Positions 38,052-48,800 of a DNA stretch of 64,000 bases are shown here, one piece after another (the first letter of the stretch is position 1; the number at the start of each line of letters is the position of its first letter). The position numbers and the translations under genes were made by a program. The notes beneath the pieces were generated by a model, which was given only the letters and a program-made list of their open reading frames with translations, did not search any database and had not been told where the DNA came from. Origin of the DNA: Candidatus Nanoarchaeia archaeon (GTDB taxonomy: Archaea; Nanobdellota; Nanobdellia; Woesearchaeales; SKIA01); NCBI GenBank assembly GCA_028279685.1, contig JANQNG010000059.1, forward strand, positions 26,945 through 90,944, read 5' to 3'.

Positions 38052-38513
38052 TTATCCTAAGTACTTTACTTTTCCGTTTTTTTCTTCTTCTATTTTCCAG
38101 GATTGTTCCATTAAGAGAAAGAATTTTCTTAAGTCTTCTTTGGTTTCATCCCACGTTCTGCTTATTTCAGTGATAAGGTGTGCTTCCCCTTCATTATTAC
38201 CTTCCATTTCATAGAAACCTGATTTTCGAATCAAAACCATTAATCGTTTGTAGACGGCAAATATTTCTTTTCGTATACTATCACTAAGATGCATATTATC
38301 GTAGATGCTTGCTAAGTCTTGTTCTGGATGAAGTACTAATGCTAGACGATCGCACGTGGAAACAAGTTTTTCGATCATTTTTCTTCTTATGCATCGCAGC
38401 GGAAAGAAGTCGTTGTATTCTGTGGTTGAGATTTCGAAGTACCAGTCTAAATGCTCCCAGTTTGGTAATCCATATTGGCTTCTTACATCCTCGAAATCTT
38501 TGCGTAATCCCAT
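38052..38513 (-). CDS. Hypothetical protein
   Basis: 153-aa helical ORF ending YLG; GAGG RBS. Confidence 0.7.
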   Translation of the reverse strand: MGLRKDFEDVRSQYGLPNWEHLDWYFEISTTEYNDFFPLRCIRRKMIEKLVSTCDRLALVLHPEQDLASIYDNMHLSDSIRKEIFAVYKRLMVLIRKSGFYEMEGNNEGEAHLITEISRTWDETKEDLRKFFLLMEQSWKIEEEKNGKVKYLG

Positions 38514-38639
38514 TGAAAACCTCTTCTAAACTAAATTCGCTGAATTTAATTTATAAACTTTTCGAGATTTCCGAAAGAAAAAATTCTTTTTTAGGAAACA
38601 AAATAATTAAATATAACTTATTATATATACTTATATAAG

Positions 38640-38888
38640 ATGTTACATAGTCCTACTTTGGAATCGATAAAAATGGTTGAAAGAGCTATTAAGAAATATA
38701 GCCAGGAATGTGGTCCTTATCAACTTTGGAAAAAACTTCCTAAAAAAATGATGTATCAAACATTTCAGGAAATATTACGGTACCTTGAAGAATCAGGTAA
38801 AATTCTTACGGATGAAGGCGTAATAATTTGGGTTTACAACCCACAACGCATAAAAAAACTTATTGAACAAGACCTTACTATACGATGA
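38640..38888 (+). CDS. HTH putative antitoxin
   Basis: PTLESIKMVE...QLWKKLPKKMMYQTF..IL.YLEESGKI; overlaps the toxin start. Confidence 0.7.
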   Translation: MLHSPTLESIKMVERAIKKYSQECGPYQLWKKLPKKMMYQTFQEILRYLEESGKILTDEGVIIWVYNPQRIKKLIEQDLTIR

Positions 38889-39217
38889 GAGAGGTCAATG
38901 TCCAGTTTATTTCTCAGAAACTGAAAGATGATTTTCTTCGTCTTGAGAAAGGGAAAAATGAAGATAAAAGACTTTATGAACAAATAAATAGAGTTTTTGA
39001 TAATCTGAAAAACAATCCTTTCTGTGGGATAAAGATTCCAAAGAAGTTATGGCCTAAAGAATATATTAAGATGTATAAACTTACTAATCTTTGGAAATAT
39101 GACTTACCTGATGCTTGGAGACTCATATATACAGTAGAAGCGGACGAAGTGAGGATAGTGAGCATTGTTCTTGATTGGCTTGATCACAAACATTACGAGA
39201 GGAAATTCAAGTATTAA
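38885..39217 (+). CDS. RelE/ParE-like toxin
   Basis: NLWKYDLPDAWRLIYT...DHKHYERKF. Confidence 0.8.
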   Translation: MREVNVQFISQKLKDDFLRLEKGKNEDKRLYEQINRVFDNLKNNPFCGIKIPKKLWPKEYIKMYKLTNLWKYDLPDAWRLIYTVEADEVRIVSIVLDWLDHKHYERKFKY

Positions 39218-39313
39218 GAGTATTCTGCAATTTTATGACTCCATTCTTCATTAGTAGAAAGCATCTTCAGCAGTTATCGGGAAAAATGCTTCGCGTTTTT
39301 CAGATTACAAAAA

Positions 39314-39389
39314 ACGCGTACTCAGCAGTTACTCCATTCTTCAATGGTCTTGCGACCTCGGATGGTGTTCACTTCATCATAGTACGCGT
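39314..39389 (-). ncRNA. C/D-box sRNA-like gene (inner copy)
   Basis: Stem CGCGTAC, C box ATGATGA, 12-nt guide, D' CCGA, hairpin, C' TGAAGA, 12-nt guide, D CTGA, stem GTACGCG. Confidence 0.7.
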
Positions 39390-39636
39390 AATATGGTAAG
39401 AAGTCATCATTTATAGCGTTTTTTGTAACTCCACTCGTCAACGACTTCGCAGTCTCGGATGGTGTTCATAACAAAAATGCTTTGCATTTTTGAACTGGCA
39501 AACAAGTTTGTCAGCTTCATCACAGGATGCATATAGTGGAGGGTTTCTGTCTTATATAAAGTTGTTTCCGAATTTTTCGGCTGTTCCGAAAAAACGAAAT
39601 ATTTAAATATGGGTGAGATCAAAATAGTCTATAATA

Positions 39637-40065
39637 ATGAAGAGACTAAGAGATATAGTTAAAGTAACGCCGATCAAAGTAGGGTTATTGCTTTTTTCTT
39701 CATGGTTTTTTCTTTCAGGTTGTATTGGAGAAAATGTTCGCGAAGGAAAAGGGGATTTCAATAATGATGGACAGCAAGAATATTATAGAGTTTATGATAA
39801 TTCAACAGGAAATGATTATTTTGTGGTAAGATTTGGAAATAGACAAGAAAAATATGATATAGGGAATCATCGTATTTTCTTTGATTTTGTTTCTGACAAG
39901 AATAGAGATGGGTGTGATGATATTACTTTTACTGCAGGCCAACCTTTTGAAAGTATGAGTACAAGTAACACTCCAAGAATTACATTTTACGGCTCTCCAG
40001 AAAACATTATGAGCAGAAAAAAACCTAGTTCTGAGATGGCGTATGCTTCTGCAAGTCTTAATTGA
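39637..40065 (+). CDS. Putative lipoprotein with DxNxDG-like loops
   Basis: FLSGC lipobox; GDFNNDG, DKNRDG. Confidence 0.6.
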   Translation: MKRLRDIVKVTPIKVGLLLFSSWFFLSGCIGENVREGKGDFNNDGQQEYYRVYDNSTGNDYFVVRFGNRQEKYDIGNHRIFFDFVSDKNRDGCDDITFTAGQPFESMSTSNTPRITFYGSPENIMSRKKPSSEMAYASASLN

Positions 40066-40384
40066 AATTATTTTTGCAGAAGGCTAAAGGTTCACAATTC
40101 TCTATTTGCCCGCAGAACGTACTATCATTGCGATGAATTGCTATTTTCATATAACAAAGATCTCTTTCGAAACTCTCCATAGCACCATGACATTCTTCTT
40201 CTCCTGTTGCTTGCTTTGCAGCGTCAAATGCTTCCTGTTCGTACGTCTCCAGAGATCTTTGTTCGCAGCTAAGATTGAATACGGGCTCAACCACATCCTT
40301 ACGAACGACTTGAGGCATATTCTCGGTGATGATGCAGGAAGAAAAAAAGAGCAACAGCAGACAGATAATCATATATGGCTTCAT
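40058..40384 (-). CDS. Putative Cys-rich lipoprotein
   Basis: Hydrophobic N-terminus with FSSC; RDLCY..IA...C..I motif. Confidence 0.65.
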   Translation of the reverse strand: MKPYMIICLLLLFFSSCIITENMPQVVRKDVVEPVFNLSCEQRSLETYEQEAFDAAKQATGEEECHGAMESFERDLCYMKIAIHRNDSTFCGQIENCEPLAFCKNNFN

Positions 40385-40407
40385 AATAGCCTTAATATGG
40401 TGTGTTT

Positions 40408-41256
40408 TTAATGTTTTTTGGATTTATCCAGACAAGAAGTATAAGCGGATCTTAGGCTATCATAATTGGCATATCTGTATAGAGAATCTTCTGGGTTAAC
40501 TCCATAAGATCTTATGTAAATTAATTCTCCATCAGGTTTGAATGCGCCGGTAACAATATTTTCATTTTTATCAGCGATCGTAACAAGAGAAGCTGCTTTG
40601 GATTCCATAACTTTTACTGTATAATTTCTTAGTTGTGTTTCCGAGTAAGTTGTACTTTTGAAATTTTCATAGAACTCTTTACTTATACTTATCCCGAATG
40701 CTAAAAGCGCAATTGCTGCTGTTGAGACTGCTGTTTTGATTAGTTTGTTTTTTCTTTTTTTCTTTACTATTTTAGAATATTCTTCAATTTCGCCTGCGAA
40801 GGAAAATCTATAATAGTCATCAACAGTACGGATTTTCCAACTTTTTTGATTAGTTATTTTTTTAGTGACTTTAGAAACTAATTCGATTAATTTTTCTTCA
40901 GCTTTTTTTCTACTTGTGCTGACTGCTACAGGAGATCTGTGTAAAATTCCTTCCTTTTTTCCAAAGAGCACTTTGTAAATTCCGTCTTCTGTGTCTATTA
41001 GGAATCTCCCAAATTCTCTGTAATAATTATAACAATTAAGGTCTGTTTTTTCATCCTCAACATACCTACAAGGAAAAAGAGTGATTTGATTATCTCTGTC
41101 TCTTGCTTCAGTCCAATCAAGAAACAAATTACCTGTTAATCCAATGGGATCTGGTTCCCATTTTAACTCAAATATTCTTTCTTCTAATAACGAGTTCATA
41201 TGTTTTTTGGCTTTTCTTGTTCCAAAATGATATTTTAGTAATTTGCTTAGGTTCAT
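40408..41256 (-). CDS. Hypothetical single-pass membrane protein
   Basis: Basic stretch then TM (TAVSTAAIALLAFGISI); GAGG RBS. Confidence 0.6.
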   Translation of the reverse strand: MNLSKLLKYHFGTRKAKKHMNSLLEERIFELKWEPDPIGLTGNLFLDWTEARDRDNQITLFPCRYVEDEKTDLNCYNYYREFGRFLIDTEDGIYKVLFGKKEGILHRSPVAVSTSRKKAEEKLIELVSKVTKKITNQKSWKIRTVDDYYRFSFAGEIEEYSKIVKKKRKNKLIKTAVSTAAIALLAFGISISKEFYENFKSTTYSETQLRNYTVKVMESKAASLVTIADKNENIVTGAFKPDGELIYIRSYGVNPEDSLYRYANYDSLRSAYTSCLDKSKKH

Positions 41257-41373
41257 TTTTTACCTCTTTTGATTTTGTTATCACTGAAAAGTGTGCAGAA
41301 CTACTTAAATATTTATCCTCCTAAAAGAGACTATAATAGAAAATATTAAATAGGGGTGTTGTATTATCAATAT

Positions 41374-42102
41374 ATGGATATATCAATACTTGAAGATTTG
41401 GGGCTTACACAAGCCGAGATCAAGACATATGTTGCTTTACTGGAAATAGGAAGTACAACAGCAGGATCTGTTTTGGAGAAATCTGGATTGCAGAACTCGG
41501 TTGTTCATAGGGCATTGAATTCACTGATAGAGAAAGGTTTGATAAATTTTATTATGGAAGGCAAGAGAAAAATCTATCAAGCTACAGATCCAGAAAACTT
41601 TTACACATATATTGATGATAAGAAAAAGCGATTTGAACAGATTCTTCCTGAATTAAAACAAAAACAAGAACTTGCACATAAGCATGAAGATGCGAGAGTC
41701 TATAAGGGGGTAAGGGGAGTCACAGAAGTGTACAACATTATGGTTAACACAAAAGGAAAAGAATACAATACATTTGGTGGTGGAGAACAATGCGCTTCAA
41801 GAATGGGGATGCATTGGTGGATGAATGTTCATAGAAAGAGAACAGAAAACAATTTACCATCGAGACAAGTGTTCGATGAAACAGTAAGGCCCGAAGCAGG
41901 TCCAATAGAAGCATTGCCAAATTCGAAAATAAAATATTTAGAAAAAGAATTCGCACAATTCCAGGAGACTGTTATAGTTGGCAATAAAGTAGCAATTTCG
42001 GTATTCACAGAGAATCCATACAGTTTCTTAATCGAAGATGCAAAAGTAGCAGAAGGATACTGTAAGTATTTCGAAGTATTGTGGAAGATTGCTAAGAAGT
42101 GA
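41374..42102 (+). CDS. TrmB-family transcriptional regulator
   Basis: LEDLGLTQAEIKTYVALL...FEVLWK. Confidence 0.9.
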   Translation: MDISILEDLGLTQAEIKTYVALLEIGSTTAGSVLEKSGLQNSVVHRALNSLIEKGLINFIMEGKRKIYQATDPENFYTYIDDKKKRFEQILPELKQKQELAHKHEDARVYKGVRGVTEVYNIMVNTKGKEYNTFGGGEQCASRMGMHWWMNVHRKRTENNLPSRQVFDETVRPEAGPIEALPNSKIKYLEKEFAQFQETVIVGNKVAISVFTENPYSFLIEDAKVAEGYCKYFEVLWKIAKK

Positions 42103-42553
42103 CTTGATTGTTCCAAGCACTATACATTTCTTCCAATTCAGATCTGATTTCAGTTATTGTGGTTTCAGTTTCTTTAATTTCGTTAATTAAATTATATGGT
42201 ATTTTATTGTCTCTCCAAATAATTGTGCCAGCATATACTAATGTCATGGCTCCAAGAATTGCAGAAGAGTAATCTTTTACAATCATTCCCCCTATTGTCA
42301 TTGTGGTTCCTATAGTTCCCAGAGCAATTGAGGTACCATATTTTATTGGCTTATCAAGATAGTTCATAAATCTCAATTTATTGATTAACTTTCTTCCATG
42401 CTTTTCAGCAATTGGCAAAGCTTCGATTGCGCTGTCTAGTAACTCAGTATATTCTTCTGGCCTTTCACTATTTGCTAAACAAGTTTCAATGCTTTCTTTT
42501 TCTTCTTTGAGAGATTCAAAACACTGAATGGCTTTTTTTGTTTTCAAATTCAT
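42092..42553 (-). CDS. Hypothetical two-TM protein
   Basis: Coiled coil, TM hairpin, coiled coil. Confidence 0.6.
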   Translation of the reverse strand: MNLKTKKAIQCFESLKEEKESIETCLANSERPEEYTELLDSAIEALPIAEKHGRKLINKLRFMNYLDKPIKYGTSIALGTIGTTMTIGGMIVKDYSSAILGAMTLVYAGTIIWRDNKIPYNLINEIKETETTITEIRSELEEMYSAWNNQVTS

Positions 42554-42609
42554 AACTATTAAGAAGTAATAACATATATTTATATTTGTGCTGTCGTTTT
42601 TATGACAAC

Positions 42610-43338
42610 ATGCTAGAAGAACTTCAGAAATTAGGTTTAAGCAAAGGCTTGGCTACTGTTTACTTAGATCTTATACGCCATGGACAAAGCCAGGTTCATC
42701 AAATTACACAAAGAACAAAGTTTCACAGAACAAGTATTTATGACTATCTTGAAAAATTGATGCAAAAAGGACTAGTAAATTTTCACATTGAAAAGAACAT
42801 TAAAATGTTTAAAGCAACTTCACCAGAGAATTTAACTCATTATTTTGAAGATCTGCAAAATCAAGCTAAAAAAATCATTCCTTCTTTGCTTAAACAACAA
42901 ATTGTTGAAAAAGATGATGTAATAGTTGAAGTTTACAAAGGAATTGAAGGATTGAAGTTTGTTTTGAATGATAGAATTTCTCTAAAAGCAGATATGTTTG
43001 CTTTGAATATTGACGAGGAGATATACACTGAAATATTAGGTGAACCATATATTCTTAATTATTTAGAAAAAATTAAAGAAAATAATGTTAAGGAAAAATT
43101 AATTACTTCACATAAAGCAACAAAGCTATATGAAACATCATTTGTAGATTATAGAGCAGTTTCTGAAGATTTTTTTGATCCTACCTCAACATTGATCTAT
43201 GCGGATAGGGTAGCACATGTTATCTGGGAGCCTTTGACTGTAATTCTTATGAAGAATAAAAATCTTGCTGAAGCACATAAGAAACATTTCGACCATATTT
43301 GGAAGAAAGCAAAGCGCATATCTTCAGGAACAATCTAG
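42610..43338 (+). CDS. TrmB-family transcriptional regulator
   Basis: LQKLGLS...HRTSIYDYLEKLMQKGLV...FDHIWK. Confidence 0.9.
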   Translation: MLEELQKLGLSKGLATVYLDLIRHGQSQVHQITQRTKFHRTSIYDYLEKLMQKGLVNFHIEKNIKMFKATSPENLTHYFEDLQNQAKKIIPSLLKQQIVEKDDVIVEVYKGIEGLKFVLNDRISLKADMFALNIDEEIYTEILGEPYILNYLEKIKENNVKEKLITSHKATKLYETSFVDYRAVSEDFFDPTSTLIYADRVAHVIWEPLTVILMKNKNLAEAHKKHFDHIWKKAKRISSGTI

Positions 43339-44214
43339 TTTTTCTATGATATTAAATGATTCCTTATCAAATCTTGAAAACCCGAACCATTTTTTACCTA
43401 GATCTTTTAATGATGCTCCGAAGTGATATATTATCTTATCGTCGATAATAAGAAATCTATCGTGGGACTTATCAAATTTCTTAATGTCTATATTGTTGTA
43501 TTGTGAGTTATATTTCTCCAGATCTAATTTTAATTGTTTGTAAATATGTTTTGTGAATATTGTAACATTAACATTTTTTCTTCTTTTTGTGAAAAGAGTT
43601 AACACAGAATCATCTATATAATTGTCAATCAGAATTATTGATTTTTTGGCGCTTCGTATAATGTCTGAAACGAATTTGTATGCGTCAAATACTTGTCCAT
43701 CGAAGAAAATTCCTTTGTCAGGCTTTATTTCTTTGCTTTCGATTGCTTCAAAGACTTTATTGAACTTTTCATCGCATTCTATTTTATGTTCGATTTGCTT
43801 TCTTTCCACAGAATCCAATCTTTGAAATATCTGAGCATTTGATGCTATGAATCTTCGCATTGCTACAAAAGCATTTATTACTTGGATGCTAATTTGTACG
43901 GCAGTTTTGCTCTTTAAGACTGCTGAAAGCATAGACACTCCTTGCTCTGTAAACGCATAAGGTAGATATTTTCTATGGGTTCCTCTGCCTCTGTTTAAGA
44001 TCGCATTTTGCGATCTTAGAAACTTGAATTCTGTTTCATTGGTTTGAAATCTAAATTCTGGCGGAAATCTTCCAATATTTCTTTTGACTTGTTCATTAAG
44101 CCTTCGTATCTCTACACCATATAACTCAGCTAAATCCCTATCTAGCATAACCTGCAATCCTCTTATTGTATGGATTTTGTGCTTGATATCTTTGATTATT
44201 GATTTATCACTCAT
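43324..44214 (-). CDS. ORF6N-domain DNA-binding protein with C-terminal PLD-like domain
   Basis: IRGLQVMLDRDLAELYGVE...PYAFTEQGVSMLS; HDRFLIIDD..YHFGASLKDLG. Confidence 0.88.
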   Translation of the reverse strand: MSDKSIIKDIKHKIHTIRGLQVMLDRDLAELYGVEIRRLNEQVKRNIGRFPPEFRFQTNETEFKFLRSQNAILNRGRGTHRKYLPYAFTEQGVSMLSAVLKSKTAVQISIQVINAFVAMRRFIASNAQIFQRLDSVERKQIEHKIECDEKFNKVFEAIESKEIKPDKGIFFDGQVFDAYKFVSDIIRSAKKSIILIDNYIDDSVLTLFTKRRKNVNVTIFTKHIYKQLKLDLEKYNSQYNNIDIKKFDKSHDRFLIIDDKIIYHFGASLKDLGKKWFGFSRFDKESFNIIEKLDCS

Positions 44215-44412
44215 ATTCTTCAGAATTGTGCTTTGTTTAAATATCTCACACAAAAATGTCCAGTGGGTCTTGAAAATTATTCCGATCTCGTCGGAGAATT
44301 TGCAGTATCAGACTAAAATCTTATCATTTTTTTTACAAAAACAGCAATAATTTGGAGGATTTATAAGGCCGTTAATAAAAAACATTATAAACTATTGAGT
44401 TGCAAATATGAT

Positions 44413-45087
44413 ATGAAAGCATTTTTTGTATGGATGATGATGTTAATCTTGCTAGGAGCATTAGCTTTTGCTATACCTCCTCCACCTCCTGTTCCAGACA
44501 TTGTTTTTGGGATACCTGCCTCTCCTCCAGATCCTGGAGAAAATAATAATCCTGGCGGAGGAGACGGAGATGATGGACGGTTTTATCAGCCAGGAGGTTA
44601 TGGCGGACCTGATGATCCTGGTCTAAATAATCAAGATAACCCTGATCCAGGAGATCCAGGTAACAACAATCCTTCTCCAGGCTCGGCAGGGGGAGAATCA
44701 AACGATTTGGATGAATTCGAGGATGAAACAATAGAAAACGAAGATTTATCACTAACAGAACACAATGAGACTTACGATATGAATGCAACAGAGGAAGATC
44801 CTGATGAGCAGACTCCCCTAAATTTATTTTTCAATAAAGAATCATATCTAACACCTTTGTTAATTATTGTTGGTCTTTTTGCAGGAATTGCTATGGTTGG
44901 ATATGGCATTTATATGAAATACAAACCAAAACTAACAGCAGATGACCGTGCAAGGGAGATAAAATACGTAAAAGAATATTTTAGTAAAAATAAAGAATCA
45001 TTTTCAAAAGATGCTCTTGTAAAAGAATTATCTAAAAATGGTTATAGCAAAGGAATAATAAATCAAGCTTTAAAGGAGGTGGACTAA
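44413..45087 (+). CDS. Secreted/membrane-anchored Pro/Gly/Asp-rich protein
   Basis: Signal peptide, low-complexity linker, TM, C-terminal GY...I..AL helix. Confidence 0.7.
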   Translation: MKAFFVWMMMLILLGALAFAIPPPPPVPDIVFGIPASPPDPGENNNPGGGDGDDGRFYQPGGYGGPDDPGLNNQDNPDPGDPGNNNPSPGSAGGESNDLDEFEDETIENEDLSLTEHNETYDMNATEEDPDEQTPLNLFFNKESYLTPLLIIVGLFAGIAMVGYGIYMKYKPKLTADDRAREIKYVKEYFSKNKESFSKDALVKELSKNGYSKGIINQALKEVD

Positions 45088-45812
45088 TGAAACTTGTAGA
45101 TTTAGGAGTTTTGATTATTTTAGTGTTAGCGTTTTCGTCACTTATTATTTTTACAGAGAGACCATCAGGAAATATTGTCGGCCATGCATCTATCCCCGTT
45201 CCTAATGGAATAGTATTAAGTGCAACAACGATTGAAGCAGGAACTGCTTCAATAGATATAACTATGACAAATTTAGAAGATACTCCTTATGCATTATATA
45301 GATATATTTATGTGAATGATATCGAGCAAGCTGACAGAGTAAACAATGAGTTTACAGAGAGTACGGAGATGTATACGTTATTAGTTGATCCTCAATACCC
45401 TTCTGCTACAGGAACATTATCGACGGCAGACCTTCTACCTGGTGTTTATGAAGTTGGATTAACTGCGTATCATTATGATTTTGATCTTGGAGATTGGTTT
45501 ATTGATGACTATTATTATTATTTTGCAGAACTTACGGTCTCAGCTTCTTGTGTTGACGGAGAAACAAGATGTGTGGATGGAAACACAAAAGAAGAATGTA
45601 TAGGAGAAGTCTGGACTTTTTCAGAAGCATGCGAGTTTGCTTGCATAGACAACGACTGTACTGTTTGTGATCCAGATACTGAGTCTTGTGTTGATGAACA
45701 AACATATGGTTATTGTTCATCTGAAGGACAATTGACAACATCGGCTTGTTGGTTCTGCTATGAAAGAAACGCAGATGAAATATACTGTATCGGAGAACCG
45801 CCTACGCCATGA
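45087..45812 (+). CDS. Membrane-anchored Ig-like plus Cys-rich repeat protein
   Basis: N-terminal TM; domain shared with the middle of the 1805-aa protein (LYR.IY..D, L.PG.YEVG..AY.YDFD.GDW). Confidence 0.75.
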   Translation: MKLVDLGVLIILVLAFSSLIIFTERPSGNIVGHASIPVPNGIVLSATTIEAGTASIDITMTNLEDTPYALYRYIYVNDIEQADRVNNEFTESTEMYTLLVDPQYPSATGTLSTADLLPGVYEVGLTAYHYDFDLGDWFIDDYYYYFAELTVSASCVDGETRCVDGNTKEECIGEVWTFSEACEFACIDNDCTVCDPDTESCVDEQTYGYCSSEGQLTTSACWFCYERNADEIYCIGEPPTP

Positions 45813-48800
45813 AAAAGGAAGTGATGATGAAAATTTGGCATTATGGTGTTATAATCGCTGGCGCTCTTGCTATATTGCTTTTTTTATTTTCTTCACCATA
45901 TGTCAAAGAAGAGGACGTGAACATATTTGGGAAAGCAATAACATACGATCAAGTAGCTTATTGCGGTGATCATTCCTGTATCACACCTGAAGATATGCTT
46001 AATTGTCCATTAGATTGTTCAATGCCAACACATACATATTTTGTTTCTACTGACGGGAATGACTTTGGGCAAGGAACGATTGGTGATCCGTTTGAAACTG
46101 TAGAGGCAGCTAGAAGTGCAATAAGAGTTCTAAAAGATAACAATCAATTTACAGGGGCTATAGATGTTTTTCTTAGAGAAGGAGTATATGAAATTAGCGA
46201 ACCAATAACCTTGGATCAACGAGATTCTGGAGAACCTGGAAAACCAATAATATACAGATCATATCCTGGAGAAAAAGCTACGATTATTGGTTCTGAAGAT
46301 TTATCAGTGAGTTGGCAGCAATACAGCGGCAATATTTATATGGCAGATGTTTCCGGGTGGATTGCTTTGCATGGAGATTTTAATACGCTTTTTATCGATG
46401 GTGAGCGAGCAATCAGAGCAAGAACTCCTAACATTGGAGAGTATTTTCAAATTGACAGAGGTTCAAGTTGTGTAAGTCCTGCTGATGTTAATCCAAATTT
46501 TGCTTTCTATTTTTTTGAAGGAGATCTTAATCCTTCTTGGTCGAATTTACAAGATATTGAATTAATTGCGTATAAAGCGTGGCAGGCTTCCAGACATAAA
46601 ATAGAGAGCATTGATGGTGTGAATAATATTGTATACCATGTTGGTAAAACGAAAAGGGGATATTGTGAATGGGCAGGAGGCCGTTATTACGTCGAGAATT
46701 TGCTTGAGGGACTTGACAGTGAAGGAGAATGGTACTTGGATAAGAATACTCAAATAGTTTATTATTGGCCGAAAGCAGGAGAAGATATCCATTCTTTAAG
46801 ATTTCAAATTCCTAAACCTATATCTCTTTTGGAAGTTGAAGCTCAGCAGGAAGTGCTGGATCTTGGTAGACAATTTACCATATCTCATTGGGTAAAAACA
46901 ACTGATGATTCTAATTTAATATATACTGTGGGAAACGCTTTTTCAGCGAAAGGAATTAGATTCGGGATTAGTGAAGGGCAAGTTGCATTCCAGATTGGAG
47001 ATGGTTATTCTGATTTGCAAGGAAATAGTTATACGTCCAGGAGTACTTGTTCAGGAGGAGCAGGTCCTCTAAATGATGGCAATTGGCATTTAATTTCTGC
47101 TGTATTTGATTTGGATGCACAAACAGCGAAATGTTTTGTTGATGATTATTTTCAAAGCGCGACATTTGAATTACCAAGACAATATGATGATATTGGAGAT
47201 ACTTTTCTTGAAATAGGAAATCCTCCTCACGGTTATGAAGGTGGTGTTGATGGTATATTTGCTAATCAATTTGTTGGAGAAATAGATGATTTGAGAATAT
47301 ACAGTACCACATTAAACGCTTTACAAATCAGCAACATTTACAACAAAAATCCTTCGTCAGATAATCTTTTGTTTCATCTGGATTTTGAAAACTTGAATAA
47401 CGTAGTTGATAATTCAGTTAACGGCTATGAGATGGTGGCATATGGTGATAGAATACAGTCTCAAGGACCGACTTCTCTCGGAAATGCGTTCGTGGTGAAC
47501 TCCGAAAATGATAATATAGTTATAGAACCAGAATGGATACATAATGTTCATGTGGCTGGAATCTCGTTTGGACAAACAGAGTGGACTATGCCAGAAGGAG
47601 GATATCGAGGTTCGCAGGCAGGGAGTCGAGTTCATGATCCTCCTGCCGTAAAGTATTCATTTACAAAAGATTCATCATTTATTAACAACGATATATCACT
47701 GACTGGGGCGTGGGCTTTCAAAGGAGATCATAACCATGATCTTCTTATCTCAAGAAATTATTTTAATCATATTGGAGGGGGAGGAATAAGACTTGGAGGA
47801 GAAGCAACAATTGATGAGGAAATGTCTCATGATTGCAGCATGATACATAATAGAATTACCAATCTTGGAGAAGTATACAAAGACATTGCGGTGATCTGGA
47901 CTGGTCTAAACTATAACATGGATGCGTCTCATAACTACGCAGCGTATTGTTCTAACGCAGGAATTTCAATGGGATGGAAATGGGATCCTTATCCTTCAGC
48001 TTGCAGAGACAATACCATGAGCTATAATCACATACATCATATTAAAATGGAACTGCAAGATGGGGGGCCATTATATACTCTTGGAGCACAGCCTGGAACA
48101 GTCATCGAAAATAATCTTGTGCATGATTGTACGTTCACCAGCCATCATACTGAGTTTGTTGGTCTTAAGGGAATTTATCTTGATCAAGGTTCAAAAGATA
48201 TTCTTGTGCAGAACAATGTTGTATATAATATAGGAGGGGGTGCTCTTAATGTTAATGGTGCTTATGATAATATTATAACGAATAATATTTTTGTTGATGG
48301 CGGACTTGTTAATGCAGATTTTGGTGTCAATGCAGAGATGTATTTTCCAGGGCATGGTGATGGAGGATATCCTGGTGGAAATGAGTTAACAAGGAACATA
48401 TTTTACTTTGGGCCTGATAATGATTATTACACATTAGGTAAACCTCAACAATATTATCCTAGTCAGAGTGGATTTATGTATTATGTCTACAATAACGATG
48501 ATCTCAAAGATATTATGGGGCCTGGTAATTATCTCACAAGCATCAGCAATTCAGATTATAATTTATTTTATTCTGTTCATAATGCATATAGATTTAGAGT
48601 GGTTGAACCTATACTTGATTTCGGAGTATGGCAATCACAGTCATCATTTGATCTTAATTCTCTTACTGATCAAGATCCTCTTTTTGTAGATTATGAAGGT
48701 AGAGATTTTACACTGCAGCCGTCAAGCCCTGCATTTGATTTAGGATTCCAGCAGATTGATATATCGGAAGTTGGTCCTTTAGGTGTTGAATGTTGGGATG

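Noticed and set aside
39237-39530. TIGR-Tas guide array
   Set aside because: Only two nested copies with near-identical guides, no regular periodicity and no Nop-domain gene nearby
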